From positions 502 to 64,501 of the forward strand of contig CAZHWV010000006.1 in the NCBI GenBank assembly GCA_964536185.1: a DNA stretch of 64,000 nt, given 5' to 3'. The stretch is from an uncultured Anaerolinea sp. (GTDB lineage: Bacteria > Chloroflexota > Anaerolineae > Anaerolineales > Villigracilaceae). Shown piece after piece: positions 10,188-19,157 of this stretch (position 1 is the stretch's first letter; the number at the start of each line of letters is the position of its first letter). A program made the position numbers and the translations under genes. A model generated the notes under the pieces. That model saw only the letters and a program-made list of their open reading frames with translations. It had not been told where the DNA came from and did no database searches.

Positions 10188-11126
10188 ATGTTTCTTAAGT
10201 TAACTTTTGCTTTTACTTGCTTTGCACTGGTTTTGAGTGCTTGTGCGCTGGCCCCGGTACCTGCGGTTGTTCCTGCTGATCTTACTTTCACCGATGGACT
10301 TGGCCGCACTGTCAAATTGGCCGGGCCTGCCCAAAAGATTGTTTCTATGGCGCCCTCCAATACTGAGATCTTGTTTGCCGTCGGTGCCGGGAAACAGGTT
10401 GTTGGGCGTGATGATGTTTCTGATTTCCCCGCTGAATCCCAAACCATCCCCAGCCTGGGCGGTTTTGACAAATACAATATTGAACAATTGGTGGCCCTCC
10501 AGCCTGACCTGATCCTCATGGCTGAAATCAACAACGTAGAATTGGTTAAGAAGCTCGAAGATCTTGGCCTGACCGTCTACTACCTTTCAAACCCAAAAAC
10601 AATCGAAGATATGTTTGCCAATTTGCAGATTGTCGCCAATTTGACTGGTCACGAAAAAGAGGCTGCCAGCCTGGTTACGGTGCTCAACGCGCGGGTTGCG
10701 GCTGTCGACGAAAAGCTGAAAGCATTAGGTCAAGCTGGCGCTGTGAAGCCGGTCGTTTTCTATGAACTGGATTCCACTGACCCGGCCAAACCCTACACCA
10801 TTGGGCCAAATACCTTTGTGGATTTGCTCATTAATCGCGCAGGCGGCCTTAATCTCACCACGGTTGTGGGCATCAAGGATTCCTATCCACAAGTCAGTGT
10901 CGAACAGATTGTCAGTACTGACCCTGATATGATCATTCTGGGCGATTCGATGTGGGGCATCAGCGTTGAATCTGTCAGCCAGCGGCCTGGCTGGGAAAAA
11001 CTAAAGGCTGTTACCAGCCAGCAAGTTTTTCCCTTTGACGATAATATTGTCAGCCGGCCTGGCCCCCGCCTGGTGGATGGGCTCGAAGCCCTGGCCAAGC
11101 TGCTTCATCCGGAATTGATTCAGTAG
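10188..11126 (+). CDS. ABC transporter substrate-binding lipoprotein, BtuF/FecB-type (cobalamin/siderophore class)
   Basis: Signal peptide with lipobox LSAC. PDLILM and DPDMIILGD blocks are typical of class III periplasmic binding proteins. It is the first gene after the B12 riboswitch. Confidence 0.9.
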   Translation: MFLKLTFAFTCFALVLSACALAPVPAVVPADLTFTDGLGRTVKLAGPAQKIVSMAPSNTEILFAVGAGKQVVGRDDVSDFPAESQTIPSLGGFDKYNIEQLVALQPDLILMAEINNVELVKKLEDLGLTVYYLSNPKTIEDMFANLQIVANLTGHEKEAASLVTVLNARVAAVDEKLKALGQAGAVKPVVFYELDSTDPAKPYTIGPNTFVDLLINRAGGLNLTTVVGIKDSYPQVSVEQIVSTDPDMIILGDSMWGISVESVSQRPGWEKLKAVTSQQVFPFDDNIVSRPGPRLVDGLEALAKLLHPELIQ

Positions 11127-11142
11127 CCTTTCAGTTGCCGGG

Positions 11143-12168
11143 ATGAGAAGCCGGCTAATTTTGATCAATAAAGCGTTTCTGCCCTTCATCTGGACTTTCA
11201 CCTTCCTGATTATGGCGCTGCTGCTTAGCGTCGCGGTCGGTTCTGTGTATATTCATCCAGCGAATGTATGGCGCGCATTGGTGGGGCAGGCGCCGGACGA
11301 GACCAGTGCAACCATTTTATGGAGTATTCGCTTGCCGCGCACGGTGCTCATTGCCCTGGTTGGTGCAGCCCTGGCGGGCAGCGGAGCAGCATATCAGGGT
11401 TTGTTCCGCAATCCATTGGCTGATCCCTATCTGATCGGTGTAGCTTCCGGAGCCGGGTTGGGCGCTGTTTTGGCCATGTCTTTCAATTGGCCATATTCTG
11501 GCCTGGGACTGCTGGCTGTCCCGGCCATGGCCTTTTTTGCCAGCTTGTTGACCGTCGTCCTGGTGTATTTGTTCGCTCGGGTAGGCTCAGATGCGCCTAC
11601 CACCAACCTGATCCTGGCTGGTGTAGCTGTTTCATCCTTTGCCGGAGCCTTGACCTCGTTTTTGATGCTCCATTCTACCGGCGAGCTACGCCGCGCGCTC
11701 AGTTGGCTTTTGGGTGGCGTCAGCCTGGTTGGTTGGCCGGCCATCCTGGTCTTGATCCCTTATCTTGCCATTGGTTTGACCACGCTTATTTTAAGTGGCC
11801 ACGCGCTTAACTTGCTGCAATTTGGCGATGATCAGGCTTCTCAGCTGGGGCTGGATACGCGGCGCGCCAAGATCATTATTATTATTGCTGCCTCGTTGGT
11901 TACCGCGGCCGCTGTTTCGTTCGCGGGAATTATCGGGTTTATTGGCCTGATCGTCCCGCATGTCGTCCGTATTTTTTGGGGCGCGGATTACCGCCGCAGT
12001 GTGCCTCTGAGCATACTGGGCGGCGCCAGCGCCTTGCTGCTGGCGGATGTGCTGGCGCGGGTCATCCTTGCCCCGCAAGAATTGCCTGTCGGAATTGTGA
12101 CAGCCCTGGCCGGCGCGCCCTTTTTTTTATGGGTTTTGCGCCGCGGAAAAAACCTGGGACACTGGTAA
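11143..12168 (+). CDS. FecCD/BtuC-family ABC transporter permease
   Basis: 341 aa with about 9-10 TM segments. Conserved [45 protein letters not shown]-type block. Confidence 0.9.
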   Translation: [341 protein letters not shown]

Positions 12169-12170
12169 CA

Positions 12171-12950
12171 ATGAAATTCCCTTTCCGCCTGGGCGCGACC
12201 TCATATGTTATTCCCGCCGACATTTTGTCCAATGTTCATTATTTGGCTGGCAAAGTGCAGGATGTGGAGCTGGTGCTTTTTGATCTGGAGGCTGGCCCGA
12301 GCAACCTGCCCACGCTTGGGCAGATCACTGAACTATGTGGTCTTGCCGCGCAGCAGGATCTCACCTTTACCGTACACCTGCCTTTGGATTTGCGCATGGC
12401 TGACGATGGCAGTCCCAGTCACATTTCGCTCGAAAAAGCCCATCGGGTGATCGACTGCACTCGCGCCCTGGCCCCATGGGCTTATGTCGCGCATTTGGAT
12501 GGCAGAACTGTCTTGCCCCTGGAGACCAGCCCGGAGGCCATGCGACGTTGGCAGGATCAAGCTGTTCTGGCCTTGGAACTTGTTGGCGAGTGGGTGGGTG
12601 ATTTGCAAAAATTGGCCGTGGAAAATCTGGAAGGCTATCCCCTTGATTTTCATTCTGCTGTGTTGGAGCGGGTCAACGTCAGCCGCACCGTGGATATTGG
12701 CCATTTATGGCTGGATGGGCATGCCCCGCTGGCTTTCTTGCGGGCTGCCCTGGCGCGAACGCGCGTCATTCACATTCATGGTATTCATGAACGCGATCAC
12801 AGTTCGTTGAGTAATGTTCCGCCAGAAGAACTGGGCGCCTTGCTGGCTGAACTTGTCTGTTCAAATTATACCGGCATCGTCACCATCGAAGTTTTCTCCG
12901 AGCAGGATTTTCTGACTTCATTGCGAGCCATTGAAATGGCGACAGCCTGA
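12171..12950 (+). CDS. cbiR: Xylose-isomerase-like TIM-barrel (AP endonuclease 2 fold) protein, probable cobamide-remodelling phosphodiesterase CbiR
   Basis: ATG lies 3 nt after the btuC-like stop. Spaced metal-ligand pattern: VHLP, HLDG, VENLE, DIGH, HIHG, ERDH, TIEV. It is embedded between the permease and ATPase of a B12-riboswitch operon, the published context of CbiR. Confidence 0.65.
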   Translation: MKFPFRLGATSYVIPADILSNVHYLAGKVQDVELVLFDLEAGPSNLPTLGQITELCGLAAQQDLTFTVHLPLDLRMADDGSPSHISLEKAHRVIDCTRALAPWAYVAHLDGRTVLPLETSPEAMRRWQDQAVLALELVGEWVGDLQKLAVENLEGYPLDFHSAVLERVNVSRTVDIGHLWLDGHAPLAFLRAALARTRVIHIHGIHERDHSSLSNVPPEELGALLAELVCSNYTGIVTIEVFSEQDFLTSLRAIEMATA

Positions 12951-13010
12951 ATTCCATGCGCCTCACGCCATCCATTTTAAAATCCAAACTTTTAGTTACC
13001 CAGGTGTCTA

Positions 13011-13787
13011 ATGCTAAAAATTCAAAATCTTTCCGTAAGCTATGCTTCACGCCCGGTCTTGAAAAATATTAATCTGGAAGTAAAAAAGGGTGAAACCCTG
13101 GCCGTGCTCGGACCTAACGGTTCCGGAAAATCCACCTTGCTGCGCACCATCAGTGGTATTCTGCCGGCCACTCACGGTTCCATCCGCCTGGATGGCCAAT
13201 TGATCGGCGCTCTCCGTCCGGCTGAGCGCGCCCGCTGGATCTCTGTTGTTCCCCAAAACGCTTCTTTGCCAGCGGCTTTTACCGCCTGGGAGACGGTTCT
13301 TTTGGGCCGTACGCCCTATATTAATTTTCTGGGTCAGATCTCGGGTCGGGATGAAGCCATTGCTCGCTGTGCCCTCGAAAAAGTCGACGCACTGCCCCTT
13401 GCCGAGCGCTGTATGGGTGAGCTTTCTGGCGGGGAGCAACAACGGGTCTTGCTGGCTCGTGCCCTGGCCCAGGCTGCGCCCATCTTGCTGCTCGATGAGC
13501 CGACCACATATCTTGACCTGCAGCACCAGATGAGTCTGCTTAACCTTGTGCGCCAATTGGCCCGTGACGAAGAACTGACGGTCATCATCGCCCTGCATGA
13601 CTTGAACCTGGCTGCGCGCTATTCCGACCGGATTGTCTTGCTTGTCGATGGGCAGATCAAAGCCTTGGGTACTGCCAAACAGGTGCTGCGGCCGGATGTC
13701 ATTGGCGATGCCTACCGTTGGCCGGTAAGAGTGATTGACCATCCATTTTTGGATACCCCGCTCATCTTGCCAGACGCTTTGAACTGA
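13011..13787 (+). CDS. ABC transporter ATP-binding protein (BtuD/FepC-like)
   Basis: Walker A GPNGSGKST, signature LSGGEQQR, Walker B ILLLDEPT, H-loop ALHDLN. Confidence 0.9.
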   Translation: MLKIQNLSVSYASRPVLKNINLEVKKGETLAVLGPNGSGKSTLLRTISGILPATHGSIRLDGQLIGALRPAERARWISVVPQNASLPAAFTAWETVLLGRTPYINFLGQISGRDEAIARCALEKVDALPLAERCMGELSGGEQQRVLLARALAQAAPILLLDEPTTYLDLQHQMSLLNLVRQLARDEELTVIIALHDLNLAARYSDRIVLLVDGQIKALGTAKQVLRPDVIGDAYRWPVRVIDHPFLDTPLILPDALN

Positions 13788-13797
13788 ACCAAGCCCC

Positions 13798-14496
13798 TCA
13801 GGATTTTGGAAAATTTTCTTTTATGGACTGTGTTTCGTGCAGTTCCAATTTCTGCACATACGCAATTGCAGCCCGGCGCGAGTGTACACCCAGACGTTCA
13901 TAGGCGTGTGAAAGAGTGTTACGAAAGGTGGAATTGGACACATTCATGTGTTTGGCCAGTTCGGATGTAATGCTATTTGGGAAGGCGGCGCACAAGGTCA
14001 GCGCTTCAAGTTGGGCAGGTGTGAGCAGCGAGGTGGTAGCCATGTTTTTATGCGTGCGCAGCTTGGTATACGCACCCTGACTGAAATATGCCCCGCCGCT
14101 CTTCAGGACGAGCAGGATCGTCGCCAGGTGTTGAATTGCTTCGTGATCGTCCTTGAAGATATAGCCGCCAACGCCGAGCTCGACCAATTTCTCGATCAGC
14201 ACAACTTGCGTGTGCATCGAAATGACCAGGATGTTCATGGCAGGGTAATTTTTGACCAATTTGGGAATGACCTGCATGATTGGGAATAATTCCGAATTGG
14301 ATTTGGAAATGGGGACTTCCAAATCCATGATCAATATATCGGTGGGGTTTGCCGCGAGCATTGGCTCAAGCTCGATCGCATAACGGGCGATCCCGGTAAT
14401 TTGCAGGGATGGTTCATCTCTTAGGCGATACAAATAGCCATCAATATTCCCTTGATGGTCTTCCAAAATCGAGACGTTAATTATCGGGTGTTCCAT
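13798..14496 (-). CDS. NarL/LuxR-family response regulator (REC + HTH_LuxR)
   Basis: REC domain with ILEDH acidic pocket and ILIMDLEVP phospho-acceptor Asp. C-terminal LTPAQLEAL...SNSTFRNTLSHAYERLGV is a LuxR-type HTH. The start at ATG 14496 overlaps the HK stop by 20 nt. Confidence 0.85.
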   Translation of the reverse strand: MEHPIINVSILEDHQGNIDGYLYRLRDEPSLQITGIARYAIELEPMLAANPTDILIMDLEVPISKSNSELFPIMQVIPKLVKNYPAMNILVISMHTQVVLIEKLVELGVGGYIFKDDHEAIQHLATILLVLKSGGAYFSQGAYTKLRTHKNMATTSLLTPAQLEALTLCAAFPNSITSELAKHMNVSNSTFRNTLSHAYERLGVHSRRAAIAYVQKLELHETQSIKENFPKS

Positions 14497-15709
14497 CTGA
14501 TGCCCCTTTGCGCACTTTATTTGAGTCGAGCTCTTGTTCAGCCAACAAACCCTCAGGTTCTGAGTGTGCTGTTTTTGAAACAACTGGAAAAGAAAAACTC
14601 AAATACGTTGATTTTCCCAGCTCGGTTTTTATTTCCATCTTCCCATTCAACATAGATGTGCGCTCGCGCATACTCTCCAGTCCGATGCCCGGTTCATTGG
14701 TCTGCGGGTCGAAGCCATGCCCGTTATCTTTGACGGTTAATTCGAGCAAGTTTTTATGGTGATGGAGCCTGACCCAGACCCGTTTTGCCCTGGCATGCTT
14801 GAAGATATTTGCTAAGGCCTCTTGCAGGATGCGGTAAATATTGATGGACAATTCATCGCTAAGTGTGGGGGTATCGGTCCCATTATAGTCGATGCGCAGA
14901 TGGGTCTGTTCCGAAAAATCAAAGCACAACTGCTTGATGCCCATATTAAGTCCGAGCATATCCAACACAGATGGTCGTAGGCGGTAGGCCAGGGATCTGA
15001 TGCTTTGCATGAGGTTGTCGGTCGAAGAAGCAGCTTTTTCGAGGTTTGCTTTGAGCTCTGGGTGGTCGGATAATTCGGATTTTAGGTTTTCCAGACTCAG
15101 ACGTAAGCCGATCAGGGTTTGACCGGCATCATCGTGAAGTTCGCGCGAGATCTTGCGCCGTTCTTCTTCCTGGGCGTCGAGAATATTCCGATAGTTTGAT
15201 TCAGTTACTTTTTTGGCGAGTAACTGCGCTGCCAATATTTTTTCGTGGCTGGCAGCTAGGGCCATTTCGAATGCGATGCGAATATTTTCCTGCTGCTCGA
15301 GAATCATTTTTTCGCGTTCTTCGATAAAACCAAACCATAACTGGTACGCGTAAGGAGCGGTAATTACCAGGGTGTTGTCATTGTTTCCCAGGCTGGCTGT
15401 GAAAAAATCCTGAATGATTTTGATCAGCCCCAAAACGGATTGCTTGCTCAGCCCAGCCTGACACAGCTCGACACCATGCTGCTTGGTATTCACGAATGCA
15501 TTTCGCAAAGAGCTGATTAATGAATCAACTTCTTGCTCAGCAAGTTTTCCTACGTCGCTCGGGCGAAGTCCGATGCGATTCAAAAAAATATTACCGCGCA
15601 AATCCTGCTCAAAGTGCTGGATCAAATCAGCCCGGTGGGTCTCAATTCTCTGTGAGAGTAAGAATAAAGCATTCTCTTCGGTTCGCGGCGGAATGTTTTC
15701 AGGTAACAA
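14477..15709 (-). CDS. Cytoplasmic sensor histidine kinase (HisKA_3 + HATPase_c)
   Basis: H-box ISRELHDDAGQTL. N-box EALANIFKHA. G-boxes DNGHGF and GIGLESMRER. No TM segment. TTG start preceded by AGGAG. Confidence 0.85.
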   Translation of the reverse strand: MLPENIPPRTEENALFLLSQRIETHRADLIQHFEQDLRGNIFLNRIGLRPSDVGKLAEQEVDSLISSLRNAFVNTKQHGVELCQAGLSKQSVLGLIKIIQDFFTASLGNNDNTLVITAPYAYQLWFGFIEEREKMILEQQENIRIAFEMALAASHEKILAAQLLAKKVTESNYRNILDAQEEERRKISRELHDDAGQTLIGLRLSLENLKSELSDHPELKANLEKAASSTDNLMQSIRSLAYRLRPSVLDMLGLNMGIKQLCFDFSEQTHLRIDYNGTDTPTLSDELSINIYRILQEALANIFKHARAKRVWVRLHHHKNLLELTVKDNGHGFDPQTNEPGIGLESMRERTSMLNGKMEIKTELGKSTYLSFSFPVVSKTAHSEPEGLLAEQELDSNKVRKGASDGTPDN

Positions 15710-15733
15710 TAGCTCGACTCCTGGGAAAAAGCT

Positions 15734-16531
15734 TCATTTTGTCAGGTACGCGCCGTGACCGCTCCCAAAGGGCCCGAAGCTATCGACGTCTTCATTGCTC
15801 AACTCGGATTGATTAAAACCGTGCCATTCCAGAAATGACACAAAGCCCTTCGCGTCCATCTTCCAGGGTTGCGTCAGCTTCTGGAATTGTTCCAGCGAGC
15901 GCAAATGGATTGGCGCGCCCATACTTGCGTAAATCGCAAGCGCATCGCGCATAGCCGGGTTGTCCTGGTTTGCCACGCCCTGGGCATTGAACGCCAGGCA
16001 GCTACCGGGGGCAGCCCACTCATACAGTGCTTGCATCGCGTGGTTGATCTCTTCGTCTGTCAAAAAGGTTGTGACTCCCCAAAAGCCGAAGGCCACTTTG
16101 CGCCTACCAGCCAGGATGTTCTGCACTTCAGGGCGGGTAAGCAGTTCCTCGGGCCGGCCGGCATCATTTTCAAAAAAAAATACATCCGGTGTATCCTTCA
16201 AAATCACACGGGAAGATTCCACCACTACCGGGTCGAAATCTGAATAGATGACCGTGGTGCCTTTGGGTACATTCATGTGGATATGATCCTGAGTTGGCAG
16301 CCCGGAGGCGAAGTCAAAGATGATGTCAAAGCCTTGGTTTCTTGTCAATTCTATGGCGACGTCATGCAGGGCCCAGCGCTGCAGACGGGAAATTTTTGGG
16401 GCGAATGGCAGGAGCGCGGTGATTTGGTCGCCTGCCAGGCGGTCAACTTCAAAATTGTGGCTGCCACCCAGCAGGTAATCATAGATCCGACCGGCGGAGG
16501 GCTTGCTGGTGTCAATGATATTATCGCTCAC
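15734..16531 (-). CDS. SAM-dependent methyltransferase, DUF574 family
   Basis: N-terminal PSAGRIYDYLLGGSHNFEVDR, the hallmark of the DUF574 methyltransferase family. GTG start preceded by AAAGGAG. Lies 24 nt upstream of the HK gene. Confidence 0.85.
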   Translation of the reverse strand: MSDNIIDTSKPSAGRIYDYLLGGSHNFEVDRLAGDQITALLPFAPKISRLQRWALHDVAIELTRNQGFDIIFDFASGLPTQDHIHMNVPKGTTVIYSDFDPVVVESSRVILKDTPDVFFFENDAGRPEELLTRPEVQNILAGRRKVAFGFWGVTTFLTDEEINHAMQALYEWAAPGSCLAFNAQGVANQDNPAMRDALAIYASMGAPIHLRSLEQFQKLTQPWKMDAKGFVSFLEWHGFNQSELSNEDVDSFGPFGSGHGAYLTK

Positions 16532-16790
16532 GGTTTGCTCCTTTTTAGTTTGGTTTAATTCTACCCTATCTTGACCTAGACGTTAATGTACATTTAAACA
16601 GGGCTCAAGATAAAAGAAACCAGTACAATTGTCTATAATAATTGAAGCGCTTGTCTATTGCGCTGTTTTATGAAAATATGGATAATGATGAGTACAGGCT
16701 ATGTGAATGAGTCAAGGTCAGGTGGATAACCTGACACCTCGTTCCGGGGGAGCGGGAGCTGAGCAGCGTCAAGGGGTAGTGCTGCTTGGG

Positions 16791-16875
16791 GAGGGTTTTC
16801 CTTAATTTATTACAGGGACCGGGGCGACAGCTTCAGGGGATCTGTCGCCGGGGAAGACCCTCCTCGCTTTTTTTT
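16791..16875 (+). terminator. Compound hairpin plus T8 (intrinsic-terminator-like) with no upstream + strand gene
   Basis: Outer stem GAGGGTTTTCC (16791-16801) pairs with GGAAGACCCTC (16852-16862). Inner stem GGCGACAG (16823-16830) pairs with CTGTCGCC (16842-16849). Followed by TTTTTTTT (16868-16875). Confidence 0.55.
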
Positions 16876-17044
16876 GCAGCAAAATGGAAGTAAATATCGT
16901 TGCCAGCGCATCCTTGGATAATTCCGATTGGGATTATCTCCTGGATGATTTTTGGCGACGAACTATTTAGTTGATAGCATGATGATTTGTCCTGAGACCT
17001 ATCTGTGCGAAAATGGGGAGACAACGAAATGATGGATATTTACC

Positions 17045-19093
17045 GTGAAAAATAAGCTGAAGCTGAGCGCGCAAGTCAAGGGACTAACCCTGGTGGCAGA
17101 GCAGGTAGAGCCGGATCAAGCAGCTCTTTCATTTGCGTCGTCGCTGGCGGAAGATGAATCTCGGGCGGAGCGAGCGCTGCGTGAACTGTGCTTGGGTCAA
17201 AGCGCGCTGGAACTGCAAACTGAAGAACTGCGCCAGGCGAGTGAAGCTTTGCGTTGGGATATCTGCGAACGGAAGCAGGCTTTAGATCGGTTGAAAGAGA
17301 GCGAGGCGCGTTTCGGGAGATTACTGCAAGATGTGCAACTCGTAGCTGTTCAAGGCTATGGCCTGGATGGGACGACGCTATACTGGAATCAGGCCTCTGA
17401 ACGGCTGTATGGTTTTAGCCTCCAGGAGGCAATCGGACGCAACTTGCTGGATCTGATCATACCTCCCGAAATGCGTGCGGATTTTGCCCAGGCGATGCGG
17501 CAGATGGCTGAGACCGGGCAACTCATTCCGGCCTCGGAAATGTTGCTGATGCGCAAAGATGGTTCACACGTGGCGGTGTTTTCCAGTCATACGATTGTCC
17601 ACATCCCAGGGCGGGATCCGGAATTGTTTTGCTTTGATATTGACCTGAGCGAGCGCAAGCGGGTGGAAGATGAGCGCGAAGCCCTGCTGGAGATCATGCA
17701 GGGCTTGGGGGTAATTCAAGACTTGAAAGATTTTCTAAGCCTCGTCCACCAATCCATTGCTAAAGTGGTTTACGCCGATAATTTTTTCGTGATCCTGTAC
17801 GATACCAAAACCACCTTCTTTGAAGAAATCTACTCGGTTGACAAGTATGACCCACCTGCCTTGCCAGCCCAATTAGAAAATAGCATTGGCGCATATGTCT
17901 TCCGCAGCGGGCAGCCATTGTTGCTGACCCAGGCGCGGTTTGATGAATTGGTCGCCCGCGGTGACCTGAAGCTCGTCGGGACTAACTCGGCCTCCTGGTT
18001 GGGCGTGCCCTTACGAACATCTTCTGAAACCATCGGTGTGATGGTTTTACAGGATTATGATCACCCGAATCGATACTCGCAACGCGATATGGAATTCCTC
18101 GCCTCCATTGGCGGGCAAGTGGGGCTGGCTGTTGCCCACATGCGCTCCGGAGACCAACTTCGCCAACTTTCGCGCGCGGTCGAACATAGCCCTACCTCGA
18201 TCATTATTACTGGTGTGGACGGGAAGATCGAATACTTCAATCCAAAATTTAGTACCTTGACCGGTTACACGCTTGAGGAAGTGCGTGGTAAGACTCCGCG
18301 TATACTAAAATCTGGCCAAACAGACCCTGAAGTCTATGCCGAACTTTGGCAGACTATCCTCTCCGGAGAAGAATGGCGCGGAGAATTCCTCAACCGCAAG
18401 AAAAACGGCGAACTTTATTGGGAATCTGCTTCAATTTCGGCAATTACTGATCAGCAGGGCACTATCACCCATTTTGTCGCCGTGAATGAGGATATAACCG
18501 AGCGCAAGGAATCTGAAGAAAAAATCCGCATGTTGAACAGCGAGTTGGAAAAACTGGCATTGACTGATTACCTGACGAATTTATATAACCGTCGTTATTT
18601 TATGCAGCGTGGCGCAGAAGAATTCAGGCGCGCCCATCGAAACAGACAACCCCTGGCGCTTTTGATGCTGGATCTTGATGAGTTCAAAAAAGTGAATGAC
18701 CGCTACGGGCACGAAGCCGGCGATTTGCTGCTCCAGCAAGTGGCAGACGTGATGAAATCCAGCCTGCGGGAAATTGATCTATTGGGTCGCCTGGGCGGTG
18801 AGGAGTTTGCGGTCCTATTGCCAAATACCTTGTTGGAAGATGCAGTATTGTTGGCGGAACGGGTGCGGCATTCTATCGCGAACCTGTCTATGCTCTGGCC
18901 GGGCCAGGATTTGAGTAGTACGGTCACCATCAGTATTGGCGCAGCGGCTTATACAGATGCAATGTTGGGCATCGACGATCTGCTCAGGAATGCCGACGCG
19001 GCGTTGTACCAGGCCAAGCATAGCGGACGGAACTGCGTGGTTGTGTATGCAGATTTTGCTGAAAATTGCCTTGACATTTCCCAAAGAATATAA
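17045..19093 (+). CDS. PAS-GAF-PAS-GGDEF diguanylate cyclase
   Basis: Two PAS blocks (LYWNQASERLYGF; IEYFNPKFSTLTGYTLEEV), a GAF block and a GGDEF domain with active site GGEEF and I-site REID. The GTG start is uncertain. Confidence 0.9.
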   Translation: MKNKLKLSAQVKGLTLVAEQVEPDQAALSFASSLAEDESRAERALRELCLGQSALELQTEELRQASEALRWDICERKQALDRLKESEARFGRLLQDVQLVAVQGYGLDGTTLYWNQASERLYGFSLQEAIGRNLLDLIIPPEMRADFAQAMRQMAETGQLIPASEMLLMRKDGSHVAVFSSHTIVHIPGRDPELFCFDIDLSERKRVEDEREALLEIMQGLGVIQDLKDFLSLVHQSIAKVVYADNFFVILYDTKTTFFEEIYSVDKYDPPALPAQLENSIGAYVFRSGQPLLLTQARFDELVARGDLKLVGTNSASWLGVPLRTSSETIGVMVLQDYDHPNRYSQRDMEFLASIGGQVGLAVAHMRSGDQLRQLSRAVEHSPTSIIITGVDGKIEYFNPKFSTLTGYTLEEVRGKTPRILKSGQTDPEVYAELWQTILSGEEWRGEFLNRKKNGELYWESASISAITDQQGTITHFVAVNEDITERKESEEKIRMLNSELEKLALTDYLTNLYNRRYFMQRGAEEFRRAHRNRQPLALLMLDLDEFKKVNDRYGHEAGDLLLQQVADVMKSSLREIDLLGRLGGEEFAVLLPNTLLEDAVLLAERVRHSIANLSMLWPGQDLSSTVTISIGAAAYTDAMLGIDDLLRNADAALYQAKHSGRNCVVVYADFAENCLDISQRI

Positions 19094-19105
19094 GATAATA
19101 TTAAA

Positions 19106-19150
19106 GCAGTTGATTAGAGTGCCCCCCTCACTCTAGTCAACTGCATTTTT
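19106..19150 (+). terminator. Rho-independent terminator
   Basis: 16-bp stem GCAGTTGATTAGAGTG / CACTCTAGTCAACTGC (one G-U pair), loop CCCCCCT, then ATTTTT. Confidence 0.75.
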
Positions 19151-19157
19151 GTTAATT

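Noticed and set aside
11976-12170. A 65-codon N-terminal extension of the CbiR-like ORF in the supplied track.
   Set aside because: It lies entirely inside the btuC-like permease in another frame. ATG 12171, 3 nt after the permease stop, begins the conserved MKFPFRLG N-terminus.
16884-17055. Small ORFs of 28, 17 and 8 codons in the GGDEF leader.
   Set aside because: The 28- and 17-codon ORFs lack ribosome-binding sites. The 8-codon ORF does have a GGGGAG SD but is too short to support without conservation data.
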